DNA from: Cycas panzhihuaensis
Lineage: Eukaryota; Plantae; Cycadophyta
Direction: 5' to 3'
Assembly: GCA_023213395.1 (NCBI GenBank)
Contig: CM041465.1
Coordinates: 89,349,741-89,413,740, forward strand
DNA length: 64,000 nucleotides
The position numbers were made by a program, and so were the translations under genes. Under the pieces are notes generated by a model. That model was not told the origin of the DNA. It searched no databases and saw only the letters and a list, made by a program, of their open reading frames with translations. Of this stretch, positions 42,357 through 55,493 are shown piece after piece. Position 1 is the first letter of the stretch; the number at the start of each line of letters is the position of its first letter.

Positions 42357-44400
42357 TTATCCCAATATCCTCTCCAATTGCACACATAAAGAGCTTGAAT
42401 AACACAATAAAAATAATAATGATATTATTTTATTGATATTAAACACCAAAAGATTACAAAATAACCACATAAAGGACACCAAAAGATCATTCAATAATAC
42501 ATTCTTATAGAAGTTTACAAGACCTAATGCCCCTTACATTTACATTGGGCTTTAAATAGGAAACCAAGACCTCTTTTATTAGATTCTTATTGGTAGAGTA
42601 AATAACCTCTAATTTTATTGGTGTGCATAATGACCTATGCACAAGAGTTAAGAACTAACATTAACCATTAGTCAGTTGGTCACATGTTAGCAGTTTAGTT
42701 CTTTTAGTGGTATAGGGTTATGTAACAAACACACTATTCATGATTGCTTATAAGATGGGTAGAGCATTCATAAGACTGAATGGCATGACCTCAATTGAAA
42801 TAACCCTTGATAAGTGTAAAAAAGATTATTTTTAAAATCTTAAATATGAGCTTGGATCTAGTAGTATCTAATTTATAAGTTAATCTTAAAGAAGAAAGTA
42901 GACCCATATAACTTATTGATGGCCTTATCCTTTATGGGGCTAGGATATTTATTCTTGATTGTGATAGTATTTAGCGCCCCATAGTTAATATAAAATCTTA
43001 AAAAACTATATTTTTTCCTTAGGAACATAATTAGAGTAGTATGGGGACTCATGTTGGGCATGATTGCACTAAGGTCCAAAAGATCTTTAGTGAGACATTT
43101 AATTTTATTCTTTTTTTTAATGCCCATATTGATAAGGATGTATAAAGTTTGGTCCTATACTAGGTTTGATCTTAATTGAGTGCTTTATACCACAATTAAG
43201 TGGGAGTTTAGTTGACAAGGTCTAGAAGGCCTATTCGTGCTTAATGACTAGGGATTGAAGATCTTAACATTAATCCTCATGTAGTTAATCACCAAGAATG
43301 GGGCCATCTATTGAATACAACTAAGCGATGAACCTAGAATGTTCTTTAAACAAGAGTTTCATCCATTTTTTGGCCAAAATAACCCTAGAATTAAGTGCTA
43401 TAATTCTAGTAAGTTGGTAAAACTTACCATCATAATGGAAATGGATAAAGTTTGATTTAGTACATAGGTGGTCAATTTCCATAGCCATTTAACTTTGAGG
43501 ATAGCATCTAAGCTACTAATAGGAAATACATAACAGTTAATAAAGAAGGAGAAGGTGCTAATCGATAGTTACTAATGTGGCATTTCACCATCACAAGTGA
43601 TTGAGCAATGTTAAGGTATTAATATCTTAAATATCTAGGAGTTATTAACATGGATGGTAAGCAAATTGGCAAGTTTAGTATTTATGAAGTTATGCATGTT
43701 GCCCAACTCAATGAGGACCACAACTTTCTCTTTGCATAAGAACCCATGTAACTTGATAGTATTTAGTTATTGTATCTTAGAGATGGCTAGTACTGAGATG
43801 GGGGACTAATTGTTATAGTGGAGTTTGGTCAATTGAGAGTTGGTCATCAAAGATGTCTACTTTTTCTCCTTTAATTTCTTTCTTGGTTCCATAAAATTGT
43901 TTCTATTTTGCACATATTTTATTATTGCTTGGAACTTATTTATCTTTACATCAAAAATAGATGTTGATGCAGGAACTTGTTTCTTACGTGTAAGTCAATT
44001 ATCTAGGACTTTAGGCGTCATCTTTCCCCTTTAAATATTATTTAATCACTTTATGATACCCTTTTGTATGGCATCTTATGTATTGAATGGTAATGACTTA
44101 CTTTTAAAGTTAATTCTTTGTAGTTAAGGGTTGGTTGGGTGATCTTGTAGGATTCATTTTCCAATGAATTAAATGAACACTTCCTGCCCCCACACCCATC
44201 CTCTCCATAAGGAAAAAAAAAACATTATATAAATACATTATACTATTAATAAAATAATTTGGTAATTGGACTTTGAGACATTGTGGCTTTGGTTGAACAT
44301 TAGGACTCATATTTTAGGAGGACATTGGTCTCAGGGTTTTGATGAGTAAATGACATTGCATATCTCCTTGATTCTCCTACTTGTCCTTTCACTCATGTTT
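42357..44400 (-). mobile_element. Chromovirus-type Gypsy fragment: LTR ~42357-42727, RT N-terminus, protease, gag remnant
   Basis: RT motif NYGALNTITIKNKYPSP..LYGSTFFFKINL (42873-43127); protease VVVLIELGNMHNFI at ~43680-43725; LTR homologous to 14517-14889; right end approximate. Confidence 0.8.
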
Positions 44401-45869
44401 AGATTACTTTGTTCTTTTGATGGGTAGACTTATATGGTAAGGCATGAAGGAATGGGGTTTTGTGTGAAGAGTCGAAGAAGGACTTTGAGAAGAAGGAATG
44501 CCTCATATTTTTTCATAACAATGAGTGCATACTTATAAGTATAACCTTGTCAATACATAAGATATTAAAGAAATGTTACTTGATGTATGCACGTATGCAC
44601 GAAGACTTGATGTCTGCATGAAAACGTGTTTGATGAGCTTAATAATTACTTCATGAATCATAGTCTCTTCATGATATTTACATTAGGCATGCTTTTCTTT
44701 AGAATAGATGTATATAAACTTGCCATCCATAAACATGTTTGCACCCAAAATTCATCTCCCTAACTAGTCAAAAGAGAGTCCATTGTTAAGCATCCTAATC
44801 TTATTTGAGTGGCACCCATCCACATGATGTTGGTCAGCCTTAACCGATCTATACAATGCTCTCTATATGTCATTCAAACTTAACCTTGCCATACATAGAG
44901 TCATCCATTTAATGCTCACTTGAACGCTGCTCAATAGTAGGTATCATTGAAGACATAAAAACTTAAGGTAATCACTTTCACGCCTTGCTTTATACACACT
45001 ATCAAATGGTTTATTAAATCATTCATTAATTCTGTTTGCTACTAATGGAGACAATACTATTCGTAAGTATATCATCTACTCAAACCGTTACAGAGAATGC
45101 ACCATATTAAGGTGTTTTCCATTAATATATATTTATTAGCCTTGCCCGTTCTCTTTGTCTTTATGTTCGACTAGGTATTAAACGTTGCCAATTCAATGAC
45201 CTGATCTGCAGGGTCGCCTCTCTATCAGTCTTCAGTTGCGTGTCCATTGCAGATCTACATCGACATTGAGATTCCTCCTTTTCTTGATCATTCACAGCTT
45301 TTTTTTCTTTTTTTTTTCAAACGATGGTCTGTATATACTTACAGTTCAGGGTTTGATTTGTCGCATTAATTCTTTGCTGCCACCATACATTGGGGTATCG
45401 GCGTTTGGTTTCAAATGATTGATATTTAAGTTATAAATGAATAATGCCCATTGCATGATAATTGATAATGCGAACGGCGTCTTGTGTACTCATTTGATTC
45501 AATGAAGATCGCCTCTTATTTGATATGCAGAGTAGTGTGCATACATAAAACACAAACATTGCATGTTACAGCTTTGAAGGCCAAGTATTTTAGTATATAC
45601 GTTCGCCTTGCTTTAATCGTTGGACACGCTGCGTCAACTTGATCATCTTACTTGGCGGATTATTTTCTTTTGGCAATATTAATACATACATGCATATTAA
45701 TACATACATATCTCTTGTTTTTAATATATATATATTTTTTACCCAAATTAATTTGAACGATTAGAGGCACATTTTATTGACATTTTAGTTGCTCAAACTT
45801 ACTCTTTCATAATCATGTTTAAAAATAAATTTAATTATTTTTTTAATTTTTTTACAAAGTTATAAGGAA

Positions 45870-48800
45870 TGTTGGAATAGTTTAGTCCACACGAAGTATA
45901 ATAGCAATGTACATTTATATAAATTACTCTATTGTGCACATGAAGTATAATAGTAATGCACATTTATACAAATTACTCTATTATGATGTCGATATTTTAT
46001 AGATATTTTATACATAGTCATATTGTATATTATAAATACACAACCAATGTATTATATGCAATAACTTGATGTAAGAATGTTTCGATGGTGTTAATCAAAG
46101 TTAAAGTACCTTAAGGGTATCATTATAATATTGGTGTTTATTTTTATCCGTTATGATATTGGTGTTTATTTTTATTTATGTAAATATTATTTTTTGTCAT
46201 CTTATTTTTTAATATGGTTTCAGAGTGTTCAGGTTATGTAAGATTTGTTGAGACCCTAGTGTGATTATTGCAGCTCTATCGATTTGCTTGGTAAAAACCT
46301 AGTTCTAATGATGTGTGGGAGGAGGTGGCTTTGTAGAACTCGTTTGCCAGTTTGCCACAATTGGTTCATAACTCTGTTCGTAGGTTCATAGTTATGTTGT
46401 AGTGAAACCCTAGTTGTAAATTAGGGTTCTGTTGTGCCCATCTATTGCCTACTAGCGTTGAGTGTTGCTCCGTTTATGGTTCATGTGAGGGGTGTACTTG
46501 GTCCAGTCGTTTTATTTTGTCTAGAAACACTTTTAGACTCTTTGCAAATGATTGTTTTCTTAGAGAGATGTTGAAGAGACTGTAGATGCAGAGACACTTG
46601 CTAAAATCACTGTAGAGGTTGAAGTGTGTAGTAGAGATTGTAGCTACAATTTTTTTTGTAACAATCATAGACACACATGAAAGACGAGTATTAGTATTGT
46701 ATCTACATTACATGTAGCCAATGCTTGGATGCCCCTGTAAGACACCAAAAATTTATAGCTGAAAGTCATTACGTAGATTTTGTGTGCCATTTAAGGCATG
46801 TAGATATCACGGGAGAAACAATCATAGCTTGTCATGTTTATCTACGAAAATTCAAAGTATTTTCATATTATATATTCGCCTGGATGATATTGATTTAATC
46901 GTCGTTGAATTACATTGCATCTATTTGTATTGATAATGTTACATGACATTATAAGTCATCACATATGATATATTAATTCTTCGTCATGTTTGATAAATTA
47001 AGTCACCCATGCATTTATATATTGCATGATTTATAAATCGCTAGATCGAATTATCACCCATAGTAATTGAATTTGATCCATCTTTTATCGATTTGATTTA
47101 GTTATCAGTCCACGTTTTCATTTTTTGCACACAGGTGGAATTATGACACATATTTTTTTAATAGCTTTTTAAAAATTTAACTAGATTGAAATTGTGATTC
47201 AAATCTATTAGTCCCATGCGCCTCAACCCCTTGGTCATATAGTATATTGATATGATCTATTTTAATTAGCTAAGGGTGTTAAACCCTAAATTTTTGTTAT
47301 TTTTTTAAATTACATTTTTTATAAAAGGGTACTTGGACGTTTTCCTTAATATCTCGAGTTTTAGGAGTTTGTTTTTTGAACTGTCTAAACTATTAGAATC
47401 CTGACTTTGATATATTTTGATGCTATTTTCATAGAGAAATTTAAGATTAAATTTAAGTCTTTATACTAGATCCCTATGTGGTAACTAGACAAAACTCTCT
47501 TTTGCACCTTTTACATCATTCTCTTGCCTATTCTTTGAACCCATACTAACTATTTTTAAAACCCTAGAAGGCTATTGTAAACCATTTTAAGGAAATTTAT
47601 TGTAACTTATATATTTGGATCCTATAAAGGACTAAGAGACAGAAGAAGCTCCTAAAATCAAGGATAGGGTAGCTATTATCTTGCTGACAGATTTGTGACT
47701 ATGTGGCCTATCTTGTATGCATTTGAAATGAATTTTTAAAATCTTGATTACTCATTTGATCAGTATAAAGGAGGTCATAAAATTGAGAAGATAGTATATA
47801 TAAATTGATATGTGACTCATTCTTGAGTAGTTTACGCTTACAATTATAGAAGAGAATGGCGTAGTGATATTCTTACATGAGACAAATAAATATTATTACT
47901 TAAGGGATATACTTATTCCAATATCTCGGTGTATTGGAGCTAACTACTATTTATGGACAATTAGAATAAGATGTTTGTTCATAGCCAGAGGTTTATGGAA
48001 AATTGTTACTGATGGATATGATATTCTTAATGATGAATAAGAAAGGGGAAAACTTAAGAAGAAAGACAAAAACATTTTTCATGATTTTTGTTGCATTAAA
48101 TAAGTTGATCTTCCTCCAACATATTATGTTATTATTCATAAGGTTTACCATGCTAGTACTACTAAGGAAGCTTAGTATTTTTTGAAAGATATATTTAAAA
48201 GGACTCCTGAAGAGATATAATAGATTATTGATAAGACAAACAAGATTATTGATGATTATGATACACGTAAAAAGAATGAAGAAAGTACTATTGATGATGA
48301 TGTAAAGGTGTATCAAGACATTGATGGAGAAAATATGAATATTAATGAAACTACTACTGAACATAAAGAGACTATGGTTGAATGTATTGTTGAGACTACT
48401 ACTACTATTGAAGATGTTGAGAGTGATAAACTAATTACTATTACTAGTAAACATGATCAAGCAATTAATGTTCCTAATGCTCCTATTGAAGATAAGTTTG
48501 ATGATTTATCTCTATCTATTGATTCAAGTCCAAATGATGTTCCTATTTTGAGTATTGATTCAAGTTTGAAGAATTTGTAAGTTGATGAAGATTCTACTCC
48601 AAATGTTGAAGAAATTATTGATTAAGAAGAAGAATTTATGTAGGATGCTAATATTTATTTTACAAATAATTCTACTAACAAATAGGTTATGATTAAATAC
48701 ATGCTTAATGTAAAATTTGAAGATATTACTAATATTTGTAAAGATAGTTACTTACAGGATCTACATTAAAATCAAATTAGCCCTCTTCCTATGATGAAGA

Positions 48801-49247
48801 ATCAAAATTTGCATCCTAGTATGAAGAATTTCAAGTTTAAGGATCATTACTTACTAGAGTTGTTATAGCAAAGACATCAGTACATAATTGAAGACAAAGA
48901 TTAAGTTGAAGACATCATCTTCAAGGCATTTCCAAGGATAAAGTATTGTAAATTCAAATGACCTAAATATGCATTAAGAGGGAGTGTTGGAATAGCCTTG
49001 TTCACACTTCGTGAGGCATAATAGTAATGTACATTTGTGTAAATTAGTTTCTTATGATGTTAGTATTTTATACATAGTCATATTATGTATTATAAATACA
49101 CAACCAATGTATCATATGTGACAACTTGATGTAAGGATGTTTCAATGGTATTAATCAAAGTTGAGGTACCTTAAGGGCACTATTATAATCCTGGTATTTG
49201 TTTTTGTCTCTTCAAATATTATTTTTTGTCATCTTTTTTTTTCAACA
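45870..49247 (+). mobile_element. Non-autonomous Copia-derived LTR element with truncated gag-like ORF
   Basis: LTRs 45870-46214 and 48985-49247; PBS tggtttcagag 46215-46225; PPT aagagggag 48976-48984; gag-like ARGLW..DGY at ~47985 followed by an acidic low-complexity ORF; TSD poorly conserved (AGGAA/AAGAT). Confidence 0.8.
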
Positions 49248-49299
49248 AAGATAAACACTCAATATTTGGGCTTTTATTTTATTGAATTTATGTAGAAGA

Positions 49300-49465
49300 T
49301 GAAGGAAAATAATGTTTGCAAGACTATGCTTTGATACTAAATGATGGAAACAATAATAGCAGGACTATGCTCTGATACCAAATGAAGGAAAATAATGTTT
49401 GCAAGACTATGCTCTGATACCAAATGATGGAAATAATAATAGCATGACTATGCTCTGATACCAAA
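49300..49465 (-). repeat. Tandem array of 4 (U5 end + PBS) units, ABAB, inside the 3' LTR
   Basis: Units 49300-49341, 49342-49382, 49383-49424, 49425-49465, each ending gactatgctctgataccaaa (first unit slightly mutated). Confidence 0.95.
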
Positions 49466-49879
49466 TGAAGGAACAATAGTAGTAGGAGAACAGGGCAGAA
49501 CATATATCAAACAACCATAAACTAATATTGCATCAATACATCAATGTATCACAATCACAATAGCATAAAAATATGAAAGTATTATTGTTCAATCCATTGT
49601 AGCAGAAAAGAGTAATACAAATTTCTCATATGAGGGCGGTGTCTAAAGACACCAGGGTTGTACACCCCATAATATAAATAGTTTTGGGGGAGGAGGGAAA
49701 CTCCTCAACCCATGAATTCAAAATAACAATAAAATAATGTAACTTAACTCAACTAAACTAACTCAAATTAACATTAATTACCTTAACTTACCTTGACATG
49801 TTGAGCATCACATGTCTAAATTGAGGTGCACAATCCTGGTAGGTAAGAGGGAGTTGAGTGATGACATTACACTATAATA

Positions 49880-50624
49880 TTCTCCCCCTTAATATCAGCA
49901 CAGACACTTGTATCTTTTCCTTAAACTTATGGAACTGGTACTTGAAAAAAACTTTAAAATTCTGATCTTAATCTTTATCAACTCTTCTCACCCTTATAGT
50001 TACATATGTCTCTTTATCATGGAATGATGTAGAAAAACTATAAATAGATGAAACTTGATGTAAATGTAGATGAATAGCTGTAATTTTGACTTTGTCAACT
50101 GGAACATTAAGAAGGCTTTGAACTTGAACTTTTATAATCTTTATGCTTTGAACAACTATCATATCATCAGGTTCATTCTTTGTCATATCATCAGATTCAT
50201 TCTTCGTTATATCATAAGATTCATCTTCATGCTCCCCCTCAAATGGAGGATCAAATCCTTATGCAACAAGGTGGTCCTGCATTTGATTTGAATCCTCATA
50301 GTTGTTGTTGTCATGATCTATCTATTCTGTTACTTGTCTAACATGCTCATCAAATACATTGGGGGTATCTCCCCCATAAATGGAAATTAATAAATCCCAA
50401 ATAGACTTAGATGTTATTAATTTAGAAACCAATGAAAAAACATCATTAGTCATAGTGTAAAATAATAAACCTAAAACTTCATTATCTTTTCTAAAATTTT
50501 CTTTAATGCTAAGGTCACATTCATGTTGTAAATACTTTAAAAGATCATGTTCAATAAAGTAAGTTTGCATGATGTCATACCATAGTGAAAAGTTATGGCC
50601 ATCAAAAATAGGAAATTGTTCCAT
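49880..50624 (-). pseudogene. gag: Truncated gag-like ORF (Gag N-terminal/UBN2-like domain, acidic repeats, RNase-H-tail-like end)
   Basis: MEQFPIFDGHNFSLWYDIMQTYFIEHDLLKYL..KDNEVLGLL..TSKSIWDLLISIYGG; the frame continues through isolated stops to FKVFFKYQFHKFKEKIQV. Confidence 0.8.
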
Positions 50625-53600
50625 TTTGAAAGCAATGTAATAAATAAGAAAATAATAATGCGTTTGAAAGCAAACTTAAAAAATCCTTTTCACTTATGCA
50701 AAACTAAAATAAACTCTTGAGAATGAAATATAAAGAGTTTTCAAAAATACCAATTTCTTAAATGAGTAAATTTAAATCTTCAATATAAGAAAAACTTTCC
50801 CTTTTTGTATAAAAAATAACTTTTCTTTGAGAAAAATATATATTGCCTTATGAATAAATACTAGTTCAAAACAGCTTAAAATGCTTGTAGAAAGATCAAG
50901 TAGAAACCTTGAGTTAAACAATGAGATATAAACTAGAATTTTCTTAAAAATTTTGAAAAAAGGTAAGCTTATTAGGATGTAGTTGTATGCTCAACTTTAG
51001 CAGCTTGAAAACTATACTAAATAATGTCAGAATAACTTAAAATTCTACCAATATGCAGATTAATAAGGTATGAATTCAATGAAATAAACAATTTTAAAAA
51101 CAGGTACCAATAAATCACGATTTGAATAATGCAAAGGTATATACCTCCTTATGGGGCCAAACAGGAGCAAGGTAGTCAAAATTGCATAAAATTAGTAATT
51201 AACTTTTAGAAAATATTGAAAAAATGATCAAATATTATTAATGAGATTGTTTAATGTACTTTCAATTGAAAATTTTTGAAAAAATATATTAAAAAATATG
51301 TAAAAATAGCAGATTTGAGGTAGTAAGGCACCTCAACTTTGACTGATTTAAAATTAAGGAAAAATATGTCAGAATGAAGAGAAATGAGTCAGATTCCCAA
51401 TGAAGCTAACAAAATTGAAATCTGATATAAAATGAAAAAGTTATAGTGGAAAAGGTAACAGGTGTCTTTATGTAGAATGTTAAGAAACGGGAAAAAAAAT
51501 AACTAAATTCCTTATTTCAGCGATTAAAAATACTAATGAAAATAAATTAAAAAAATTGAAGTAAGAAGTGGGTATTGAAGTCTATAGAACATAGATCGTT
51601 ATAGAGGAAATTTGGGCAAAAACCATATACCATTAATAAATTATAGCCAGTTCTAAAAATGATTTTGTTAACAGTATGGAAAATGCTAAAATTTTGAAAG
51701 TTTAATATTAGAATAGTCAAAACAGGGTCAAATTGGCACCAAATTGGTCATATGACCAGTTGAAATTGGTGTACAGAAAATTTTTGATCTATTGGAGCAA
51801 GTTTTGTCTGAAACCGATAAGCCAGTGAGAAGTTATGGCCATAAAAGCACCAATAACTCTATGAAAAAATAAAATTAAAAAAAAAAAAAAAAAGGTTAAA
51901 AGGTTATATTATTCAAAAAACTTCTTAAAATATGGGTCTGAAGATGAACTGAGCTGGGATTGAACCTAAGATCAGTCAGGAAATAAACACCTCCGATGCC
52001 AGGAGGATAAACTCGCTCGTCAAGATTAAAAACATAAAAGATTATTGAAAAATGTTATATTAAAGAATAAATGGCTGCTGTATACAAAAGCTGAATGCCG
52101 ATAAGATAATCAAACAATGAATAATATAATGAACAGGCAAGGGTGCAACAATGATGCAAGCCGAGTGTAATAATCAAATAATGAATATAATGGAATGGCA
52201 GGGCACAACAATGATGTAAACCGTATGATAATCAAATAATGAATAATGAACAATGAATAAATAATGGAATGGAACGGTATAATAATGAGATGATCAAATA
52301 ATGAACGCCAAACTGAACCCCAATATATATAGTAAATAATGATGATAACCTTAGAATGAACCGCACCAGAGTCGAATAATATCACACAATGGCAAGAGGC
52401 TGATTACACAATGGCAAGGGGTATCTAATAATGAGATGATGAAACATAATGTAATAAAAACGGAGCTGAATATAATCAAATAATGATGGACAATAAAATA
52501 AGGGCAAGGGCACTGTGCCATATAACAATGAAATGCCGTATAATAATCAAATTAAATAAAGTAATGGAACAGCAATGAATAAGCCAATATTAATGCAAAC
52601 CGTGAACAAAACCTGAACGCAATGCAATATGCAATAATGATGACCGAGCAAGCCGTAGTAGTGAATAATGAAGTTGAATGCACAAATACTGAATGGTACA
52701 GATCCCTTAGCTGATCGAGCTGGCACAGAGGCCAAGGAGACGGCAATAATGCACACTGAAGGAGACGTAATATGCAATGCATATAGCCATGCAGGAGACA
52801 GAATGACGTAATACGAGATGATGCAAATAAGCACGCAAATAACGAGAGACGAAACAATTAAATGAGGCGCGTACGAGTCTAATAACCAGCAACAAAGCGT
52901 TGAGCCAAGATAGCATAATGATTACGATGCAAATAACCGAGAGATGAAATAATGAGACACGGGCCTGGCAAGGCGAGATGGCACCGATTGCAGGGGCACG
53001 GGACGATGCCGATTAAGAGTCTAATAATGAAGCAGCAACTGATTAAATAAGGCGAGACACTAGACCGGTAATGAAGCATGGAAAGACGGAAAGACAAATA
53101 TATAAGACGCAAAGTGAAGTGAAGTTAATATTAAAAAAAAAAAATGCTGATTAATAAATATTAGCATGAGACCTAATATAGAAGACATAAGCCAGAGCCG
53201 ATTAATAATGAAACGGCTTAGCAACCCGATTGCAGGTGCATCGCAGGAGACAAGATGGAACAGCCGAGTCGAACAACACAGTACCGAGATAGCACATAGG
53301 CTGAGAGGAGTAATGGGCAGCGCGAATATTAAAAACAGATGGCAGAATTAAATGGCGATGACCCTTCGATTTAGTCCAATAATAATGAAGCAAAAAAACT
53401 CCGATGAGATGCACTGAATGCATGATGCAAGCTTCGAATGTAAATTGATGGGGCCCAAAACAAACGGTTGATTGTAGAGAGGCGGTAACCAATGCTAAGG
53501 TATTAGCCAAAGGAGCACATTTTAAGCGGCCATAAGTAATGACGCAAAGATACAATAATTGCAGGCTACGAGTAACACAGAGAGAAAGAGAGGGTTAAGT

Positions 53601-53714
53601 CAAGTCGAGAGGGTGAACTGCACCCATCAAATACACTCTGCTGACACTCTGTCTAGAAAATTCTTTTATTTGATCACTATAATTAGAAATTTGATTAGTG
53701 ATGAGGTAGTTGTC

Positions 53715-53981
53715 ATGACACAGAAAAATGAGGTTGAAAATGGCAAGCTAGAGGTAATAATCCAAGAAAATGTAAAATTATCCAAACAATTACAGGAAAG
53801 TAATGTAGCAGTTAGAAAGTTACAGGAGTATTCTGCAGAGCTTCAAAGGCATTTGATTGATTTTGAACAAGGAGTTAATCAATTTTCAGAGCAACAGAGA
53901 GAAAACATTGATGTTCTTGATGGTAGTAATGTTGATGATACAGATCTATATAAGTACAGGCCTTTATGTCAAATAGGTTAG
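53715..53981 (+). CDS. Hypothetical 88-aa coiled-coil-like ORF, antisense to the host element
   Basis: MTQKNEVENGKLEVIIQENVKLSKQLQESNVAVRKLQEYSAELQRHLIDFEQ: E/Q/K/L-rich with a heptad-like pattern, uninterrupted; no recognised homologue. Confidence 0.4.
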   Translation: MTQKNEVENGKLEVIIQENVKLSKQLQESNVAVRKLQEYSAELQRHLIDFEQGVNQFSEQQRENIDVLDGSNVDDTDLYKYRPLCQIG

Positions 53982-55327
53982 ATGTTTTTTTGAAATATAT
54001 CCACGAAAAATAACCAGATTCTTCTTTCCCCCTTTTTAATATATCGATAAAAAAAATATATAAAAAACATCTATAAATTTGTATTTGAAACAAACTTTAA
54101 AATATATTGCAGGTATATGAAAAAAGATACAGAGATTTTACAAAATTTTTTTCAAATAATAACAGTAAAACAACTTAATGGAGCAATATACTCATATAAC
54201 AGAGTCACAATATTAATAAATTTTTCAAATATTTTGAAGAGAATATATCATAAAAAAAACTCTTATATATTTGTATTTGAAAAAATTTTAAAGGAATATA
54301 TTGAGTAAATATATAAAATATTTGTAAATTTGAAAATGGAACTGAAGAACCTGGAACACGCAGTTGTAGCTGGCTTGATCTCGTGTATATCTTCTTCAAA
54401 AGGATGAATATGCCTCAAATATTGTAGATCTGATAAATAGTTGATTTGCAGCAGAAAAAATAGGCTTGATAAGCTTCGGATGGCTGAAAATGCCTCAAAA
54501 GTTGTAGATATGCAACTGCTATCTTTTGTAGATTGAAATATAGCTTATAACTGCAAAAACACTTTTATGAATTTGCATAAATCTTGTGAAATAACACTGA
54601 ATATACTCGTTATATCATAAAAAATAACCCAATAATGAGTGAATCTATTGAAAAATATAATAAATATGTTGAAAAACTTATAGAAAATATCACCAAATGA
54701 TGAAAAATCGCTAATCTGAAGTGAGACCCAGTAGATCTGTAAAAATATTATGTAAATGTTGTAGATATGGCCTTAGTATAGCAGATCTATAGCAAAAAAT
54801 ATCACAGATATGAATAAATATAATATAAAATAGTGAAAACTTATTGAAATAAGCAGATTTATAGTAAAAAAATAGCAGATCTGAAGTAACAAATTGTAAA
54901 TCTTTGAAGAAAACTTAATAACTTTTGTATGCAGCTGATGCTCTTTTGCAAATTTGTAAAAAATATCAAATAAGTAGACAAATAACTTGTAAACTATCAA
55001 AATATATGATAAATCTATAGATCTGAAGAGAAAAATAACTTAAATATGAGAATAAAACTTGAATGTATATAACTTGCTGCTGAAAATCCTGCGTAGATCT
55101 GCACAAATCTGAAAATAGATCTCAATAATATTTGTTGAACCAGAAATATAGCTCAATAATAATCAAAATCTACTGAAATAATATATAAAACTTGTTAAAA
55201 ATTTTTAGAAAATAAATATAGTTAATATATCTTACTTGTAAAAAAAATCTGTTGTAGAATGCTAGTAGATCCTGTTGCTCTTCTTCAAAATTTCAACAGG
55301 CTAGCAATCGCCTACTCTGATACCAAA

Positions 55328-55493
55328 TAAAGGAAAATAATGTTTGTAAGACTATGCTCTGATACCAAATGATGGAAACAATAATAGCAGGACTATGCTC
55401 TGATACCAAATGAAGGAAAATAATGTTTGCAAGACTATGCTCTGATACCAAATGATGGAAACAATAATAGTAGGACTATGCTCTGATACCAAA
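55328..55493 (-). repeat. Same 4-unit PBS array inside the 5' LTR
   Basis: gactatgctctgataccaaatga repeated four times with alternating spacers, plus the internal PBS at 55315-55325. Confidence 0.95.

Noticed and set aside
49300-49465. CRISPR-like repeat-spacer appearance
   Set aside because: Eukaryotic TE context; the repeat is the tRNA-iMet PBS, the spacers alternate (ABAB) and derive from the LTR end, and there are no cas genes.
52110-53555. Several overlapping minus-strand ORFs rich in I/Y/C/L
   Set aside because: By-product of the strand-biased repetitive cassette; no domain signature.
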